Positions 59,282 to 64,000 of a DNA stretch of 64,000 nt are shown one piece after another. Every line of letters begins with the position of its first letter. Within the stretch, counting starts at the first letter, position 1. Location: positions 92,797 through 156,796 of the forward strand of contig JAEYOR010000010.1 in NCBI GenBank assembly GCA_023411615.1. The letters run 5' to 3'. The translations under genes were made by a program, and so were the position numbers. Origin of the DNA: Actinomycetes bacterium (GTDB taxonomy: Bacteria; Actinomycetota; Actinomycetes; Actinomycetales; Demequinaceae). The notes under the pieces were generated by a model, which saw nothing but the letters and a program-made list of their open reading frames with translations, was not told the DNA's origin and did no database searches.

Positions 59282-60289
59282 ATGACCTCAGCTCACCTCA
59301 AGGGATTGTCCGAGGACGGCACACACGTGTTGCTCGTCACGGAGGACGGCTCAGAGTTTCGCCTTGAGATCTCTGAGGAGTTGCGTGCGCTCGTGCGTCA
59401 CGCACGGGTGACCCGCGCGGCGGAGCCGGGGCAAGCAACCACTCTCACTCCCCGAGAGATCCAACAGCGGATCCGCGCCGGTCTCAATGCTGCGGAACTT
59501 GCTCATCTCACGGGAGAGCCTCTCGACGCACTTGTGAAGTTCGAGGCACCCGTCCTCGCCGAGAGGGCCTACATCGTCCAGCTTGCGCATGGCACCCGGG
59601 TAGGCACCGATTCCACTGCGCCGACGCTCGTCGACTTGGTCGGTGACCGGCTTGCGAGCCGGGGCGTTGATCCTGAGACCGTGCGGTGGGACGCGTGGCG
59701 CGGCGTCGACGAACCGTGGAAGGTCGCTGTTGACTACGTGGTGGGCGGTCGCACAATTCGCGCCCTTTGGGTGTTTGACCATGTGGCGAAGGCACTGACC
59801 GCCGAGGATGAAGAAGCGGCATGGCTCACGGAGACTGAGCTTCTTGAGGCCCCAATCCCCCGGCGTCACTTGAGCGCTGTGCGCAACGACAGCGCAGCGC
59901 GGAATGAAGCCGTCCCACTTGAGCCTCGCCGTCCCGCCGCCATCACCTCGGCTGCGGATGAGTCCGATCCCTCTGCCCAGTCCCCAGGCGACCCGACCGA
60001 CGACCTTCTCGAGGACCTTGCGGCGCGCCGTGGAACGCGCGAGCCGATCGAGATGGAGGACGAGGACGAGGAGGGTGAGGAACGCTTTGAGGGCTTCGGC
60101 CCGGCGCGTTCACCTCAGTCAGGCACTGTGCCCACCCAGTCTCAGCAGACGTCATCTCGCACGATGCCGCACCCGGCCGGTTCCGCAAGGTCATCTCAGC
60201 CCGAGAAGGACGGTGCGAAGCCTCGTAAGGGGCGTGCGTCTGTTCCCAGCTGGGACGAGATCGTCTTTGGAGCTCGCAACGACACGTAG
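59282..60289 (+). CDS. sepH: Septation protein SepH (DUF3071)
   Basis: The ATG at 59282 gives MTSAHLKGLSEDGTHVLLVTEDGSEFRLEISEELRALV...TPREIQQRIRAGLNAAELA, followed by a disordered acidic/basic tail. The upstream part of the tracked ORF is antisense to the IMPase gene. Confidence 0.8.
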   Translation: MTSAHLKGLSEDGTHVLLVTEDGSEFRLEISEELRALVRHARVTRAAEPGQATTLTPREIQQRIRAGLNAAELAHLTGEPLDALVKFEAPVLAERAYIVQLAHGTRVGTDSTAPTLVDLVGDRLASRGVDPETVRWDAWRGVDEPWKVAVDYVVGGRTIRALWVFDHVAKALTAEDEEAAWLTETELLEAPIPRRHLSAVRNDSAARNEAVPLEPRRPAAITSAADESDPSAQSPGDPTDDLLEDLAARRGTREPIEMEDEDEEGEERFEGFGPARSPQSGTVPTQSQQTSSRTMPHPAGSARSSQPEKDGAKPRKGRASVPSWDEIVFGARNDT

Positions 60290-60295
60290 CGTTTG

Positions 60296-61462
60296 CTACA
60301 GCCGCTCCGAGACAAGAAGCGGCACCGTCAGTTCCTCGGGCGTCAACGATCCGTGCATGCCGATGAGGTTGAGTGAGTGGGGCGTCTGCGTCCGTGAGTC
60401 GACCACCGTTGCCCGCCCCGTCATTGCGACAACAATGTCACCAATGCGCGACGTGACATCAGCCGAGACGGGACCAAACAGTCCAAGATCCTCTGCGTCC
60501 GCGCGCGTCATGACGACAGCGTGGTCACCAAGATGGTCTGCCCACCGATCCGCCACTGCATCCACCGCGCCTTTGTCAACGTAGAGGTGCAGAGCGCGGG
60601 GCTCTCCTGCCACGATCTCGACATCGCGGGCAAGGACAGCATCGTCGGCGACGTCCCAGCGGGGTTGTCCGGGAACATCGACCATGCCGTGATCAGATGT
60701 GACCACCATGAGCGCACCGGCAGGCAGCGAGCCCGCTAAGCGTCGAAGTTCTCTGTCCGCGTCCTCCACTGCCGCCACCCACTGGTCCGATTGCCATCCG
60801 TGCTTATGGCCCGCCGCATCAATATCGCCCCAGTACATGTACGTGATGCCTGGCTCGCGAGCGGCCTCCACAGCCACATCCACGCGCTCCGCGAGGCGGC
60901 GGGTGGCGATGAATCGACCGCCCCGCAGTGCTGCGTGCGTCAATCCGGAACCCTCAAAGCCATGGTTGCCGAGAGTTGTCACCCGAGAACCCGCCCGCGC
61001 GGCCTCATTCAGGAGCGATGGGCACGGTTGCCATTCTTCAGGATCGTAAGCGCCTTCCCATGAGATGAGGTTGGCCAATCCGCCAGTGCGAGGGTTGCGC
61101 GCGGTATAGCCCGTCATCCCCGTGCGTCCGGCACCCAAGCCCGTGCCAAAAAGTGACAAGGACGTGGCCGTCGTTGTGGGAAACCCTGCGGTGAGTTTGC
61201 CTGTTGAGATCGACCGCAAAAACGGCGCGTGGCCGCTTCTTGCCTCGAGTTGGTAATAGCCCAGGCCGTCAAGAATGACGACGACCACGTGACGTGCCTT
61301 AGATAGCTGCAGGCGTTCGCGGTCGGCGCCGGCGTCCCGACCTTGCACCACGTGCCCCGCGCCAATCGCGTCAAGGCAACCAGATAGCACTGCGCCGAGC
61401 TCTCGCGCACCGTAATCGGGACGCTCCAGTCCAAGCGCGCTGAGCCGATCTCCCAAGCTCAC
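60296..61462 (-). CDS. Alkaline phosphatase-family (nucleotide pyrophosphatase/phosphodiesterase-like) protein
   Basis: 388 aa with metal-site-like motifs (VVVILDGLG, FPTTTATS, DIDAAGHKHG, VTSDHGM). Confidence 0.75.
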   Translation of the reverse strand: MSLGDRLSALGLERPDYGARELGAVLSGCLDAIGAGHVVQGRDAGADRERLQLSKARHVVVVILDGLGYYQLEARSGHAPFLRSISTGKLTAGFPTTTATSLSLFGTGLGAGRTGMTGYTARNPRTGGLANLISWEGAYDPEEWQPCPSLLNEAARAGSRVTTLGNHGFEGSGLTHAALRGGRFIATRRLAERVDVAVEAAREPGITYMYWGDIDAAGHKHGWQSDQWVAAVEDADRELRRLAGSLPAGALMVVTSDHGMVDVPGQPRWDVADDAVLARDVEIVAGEPRALHLYVDKGAVDAVADRWADHLGDHAVVMTRADAEDLGLFGPVSADVTSRIGDIVVAMTGRATVVDSRTQTPHSLNLIGMHGSLTPEELTVPLLVSERL

Positions 61463-62025
61463 GCCTGGCGGCCTACCGCCCGGTTGAGCGCCTTTCCAAA
61501 CTCCTCGAGCGCACGAACCGACGCTTCGCCGTCAGCAATGACACTTGCGCGTGCAAGAGTGTCGTCACCAGTGACATCTCCCGTATAACCGTGGTCGGCA
61601 TCGCAGTTCTCGTCGCCGCAATGAGCAGGCTCAAGGTCAATTCGTGAGTGAACGCCCCAACCAACGGCGAGCACGAGCTCGTGGGGAACGTCGCCCTCGG
61701 AGAACGTCTCGGGGTGGTGGATCACATGCGTCAGCGCGACAGAGCTGATCGACCGTAGCGGTGCTGACTCAACCGTGGCCGACGCTGCGGGAGTTCCCCC
61801 ACTTTGTGGGCCTGCACCATCGTCAATGTGTGCACGGAGCAGGTGCATATCGGTGAGCACAAGGACCGACATGTGACGACGAACCTCGGCAGTATCGAAA
61901 GTCGTCTCCGCGTGGACGAAGTGCGCACGCACTTTCTCGTCTCCAATAGCGCTACGAAGGACATGATTGGCGAGCGCCGGGTAGTAGCCAGCGCCCGCTA
62001 TGGATTGGGCAAGCGAAGACGACAT
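61459..62025 (-). CDS. DUF5998-family protein
   Basis: I chose the start at the ATG at 62025 ([24 protein letters not shown]...). It is coupled with the downstream phosphatase-family gene, a pairing I recall next to parC in Micrococcales. The family name is from memory. Confidence 0.6.
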   Translation of the reverse strand: MSSSLAQSIAGAGYYPALANHVLRSAIGDEKVRAHFVHAETTFDTAEVRRHMSVLVLTDMHLLRAHIDDGAGPQSGGTPAASATVESAPLRSISSVALTHVIHHPETFSEGDVPHELVLAVGWGVHSRIDLEPAHCGDENCDADHGYTGDVTGDDTLARASVIADGEASVRALEEFGKALNRAVGRQA

Positions 62026-62125
62026 GCGGGATATTGTCGCACCTGCGCGCGTGGCGTGGCGACCCGCCTCGCACTCGCGAGGGACAATGACGAGCAATCC
62101 AAGCCGAGCCGGAAACGGAGTGTGC

Positions 62126-64000
62126 ATGAGCGAGCCCGCCGGACAGATCGTCGATATCGACGTCAGCGCCGAGATGGAGTCGTCCTTCCTTGAGTACGCC
62201 TACTCCGTCATCTACTCGCGTGCACTGCCCGATGCTCGCGACGGCCTCAAGCCTGTCCAACGCCGCATCATCTACACGATGGGAGACATGGGCCTGCGCC
62301 CAGACCGACCCCACGTGAAGTCCTCGCGCGTTGTCGGCGAGGTCATGGGAAAGCTCCACCCGCACGGTGATTCGGCGATCTACGACGCTCTTGTCCGCAT
62401 GGCTCAGCCATTTTCTCTCCGTCTGCCGCTTGTCGACGGGCACGGCAACTTCGGTTCGCTCGATGACGGCCCCGCCGCTTCGCGATATACCGAAGCGCGC
62501 CTCGCGCCTGCGTCGATGGCGATGATTGCGGACCTCAGCGAAGACGTCGTTGACTTTGTTCCCAATTACGACAACAAGCTGCGTCAACCGTCGGTATTGC
62601 CAAGCGCGCTGCCCAACCTTTTGGTGAACGGTGCTGCCGGCATCGCCGTTGGCATGGCAACAAACATGGCGCCTCACAACCTCATTGAGGTAGTCTCGGC
62701 GGCGCGGCACTTGCTCGCTAATCCTTCTGCCAGCCTCGACGACCTCATGAAATTCATCCCGGGCCCGGACCTGCCGTCCGGAGGGAAGATCGTCGGGCTG
62801 GATGGCATTCGACAAGCGTATGAAAGTGGCCGCGGTGCCTTCCGCACTCGTGCCACCGCCCGCATCGAAAACGTCACGGCCAAACGCAAAGGCATTGTGG
62901 TGACGGAACTGCCCTACGGCGTCGGACCCGAGCGTGTCATCGAGAAGATCAAGGACGGCGTCTCAGCAAAGAAGATCCAAGGCATCTCGGCCGTCACGGA
63001 CCTCACGGATCGCCATCACGGCTTGCGACTCGTCGTGGAGGTTCGCACCGGCTTTTCGCCCGAAGCTGTCCTCGAACAGCTCTACAAGCTGACGCCACTT
63101 GAGGAGAACTTCGCGATCAACAATGTCGCTCTCGTCAATGGTGAGCCACGCACGCTCGGGCTCAAGGCCCTCCTCACCGTGTGGGTGGACCACCGCATTG
63201 AGGTGACACGGCGCCGCTCCGAGTTCCGCCTCGCGGCTCGCAAAGATCGACTTCACCTTGTCGACGGCTTGCTTATTGCCATCCTCGACATCGACGAGGT
63301 CATTCAGATCATTCGCACGTCGGACGACGCTGGCACCGCGAAAGACCGGCTCATGCTGGCTTTCGACCTCAGCGACATTCAAGCCGAGTACATTCTCGAG
63401 TTGCGCTTGCGCCGGCTGACGAAGTTCTCCCGCCTTGAGTTGGAAAACGAGAAGTCTCAATTGCTTGCCGAGATTGCGGAGCTCGAAGAAATTCTTGCGT
63501 CCGACGCCGTATTGCGTGGAGTTGTTGGCCGCGAGATGGACGCGGTTGCCGCAGAGCATGGCACGCCGCGCCGCACCATCTTGTTGGCCGACGCGGGAAC
63601 TGTTGTGCCCGCATTGAGCACGGGCGTGGGCGCGAGCGCGGCTGCGACCGTGCCTTCGCGCGGCCGCGCCGTTACGCCTGACCTCGAGATTCCTGACACC
63701 CCGTGCTTTGCGCTCATGTCAACAACGGGTCTGGTCGCGCGCACCGCGGATGACCATCCGGTTGCGCGCGAGGGACGGCGCTCTCCTCACGACGCGCTCA
63801 CATCGGTTGTTGCGTCGTCGGCCCGTGCCGATGTTGGCGTGCTCACGTCGAAAGGCCGCGTGGTGCGGCTCTCACTACTTGATGTGCCCGCTCTGCCGTC
63901 CACTGATGACCCGCCATCCCTCGCTGGCGGCGCTCCCCTACGGGAGCTCATGGTGCTTGAGCGAGGCGAAGAGCCGGTTGCCTTGTTGCCTCTCGACGGA
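62126..64000 (+). CDS. parC: Type IIA topoisomerase subunit A (ParC/GyrA family), N-terminal part; runs off the right edge
   Basis: Not in the ORF track because there is no stop in the window. My translation from the ATG at 62126 reads [52 protein letters not shown]...[19 protein letters not shown]...[10 protein letters not shown] (active-site Tyr). It stays in frame to position 64000. Confidence 0.9.
   Translation, partial: MSEPAGQIVDIDVSAEMESSFLEYAYSVIYSRALPDARDGLKPVQRRIIYTMGDMGLRPDRPHVKSSRVVGEVMGKLHPHGDSAIYDALVRMAQPFSLRLPLVDGHGNFGSLDDGPAASRYTEARLAPASMAMIADLSEDVVDFVPNYDNKLRQPSVLPSALPNLLVNGAAGIAVGMATNMAPHNLIEVVSAARHLLANPSASLDDLMKFIPGPDLPSGGKIVGLDGIRQAYESGRGAFRTRATARIENVTAKRKGIVVTELPYGVGPERVIEKIKDGVSAKKIQGISAVTDLTDRHHGLRLVVEVRTGFSPEAVLEQLYKLTPLEENFAINNVALVNGEPRTLGLKALLTVWVDHRIEVTRRRSEFRLAARKDRLHLVDGLLIAILDIDEVIQIIRTSDDAGTAKDRLMLAFDLSDIQAEYILELRLRRLTKFSRLELENEKSQLLAEIAELEEILASDAVLRGVVGREMDAVAAEHGTPRRTILLADAGTVVPALSTGVGASAAATVPSRGRAVTPDLEIPDTPCFALMSTTGLVARTADDHPVAREGRRSPHDALTSVVASSARADVGVLTSKGRVVRLSLLDVPALPSTDDPPSLAGGAPLRELMVLERGEEPVALLPLDG

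Noticed and set aside
61952-62815. 287-aa minus-strand ORF at the start of the topoisomerase gene
   Set aside because: It is antisense to the GyrA/ParC N-terminal domain, which reads perfectly on the plus strand, including the active-site [10 protein letters not shown].

Overview
This is a GC-rich Actinomycetota chromosome segment (judged by eye, not computed). The order is probably Micrococcales or Actinomycetales, but I cannot name the organism. The window is densely packed and is mostly conserved core synteny that I recognise from Mycobacterium-type gene order. Minus-strand genes from the left: alaS (partial), rpsD, rarA, aspS, hisS, relA, secF, secD, ruvB, ruvA, ruvC, yebC, pdxT, NUDIX, pdxS, then the phosphatidylinositol-mannoside block (pimA, acyltransferase, pgsA1, HIT), then thrS and dgt. 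Further right: pabCB, a tRNA Gly-Cys-Val cluster plus an inverted second tRNA-Val, treYZ, zapE, gnd, DUF3000-rnd, dxs, acn, an RNA methyltransferase, an APC permease with two trkA genes, DUF3159-OB-dut-DUF4193, an IMPase, sepH, an alkaline-phosphatase-family gene with DUF5998, and a partial parC/gyrA-family gene at the right edge. I saw no IS elements, integrases, CRISPR arrays, rRNA genes or recognisable defence genes. The only clearly accessory multi-gene unit is at 30.2-35.9 kb. It comprises a membrane GGDEF (SGDEF) cyclase, a processive GT2 synthase with a large catalytic-domain insertion and no PilZ domain, and a membrane-anchored GH18 with two CBM5/12 repeats. I flag it as a candidate c-di-GMP-controlled surface polysaccharide system whose product is unknown. 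Smaller accessory units are an ArsR-MFS pair and an HTH-plus-membrane-protein pair, each with an AT-rich, palindrome-laden promoter that looks leaderless, and one orphan ORF. All family calls come from reading the translations and from memory of conserved motifs. No database search was run.
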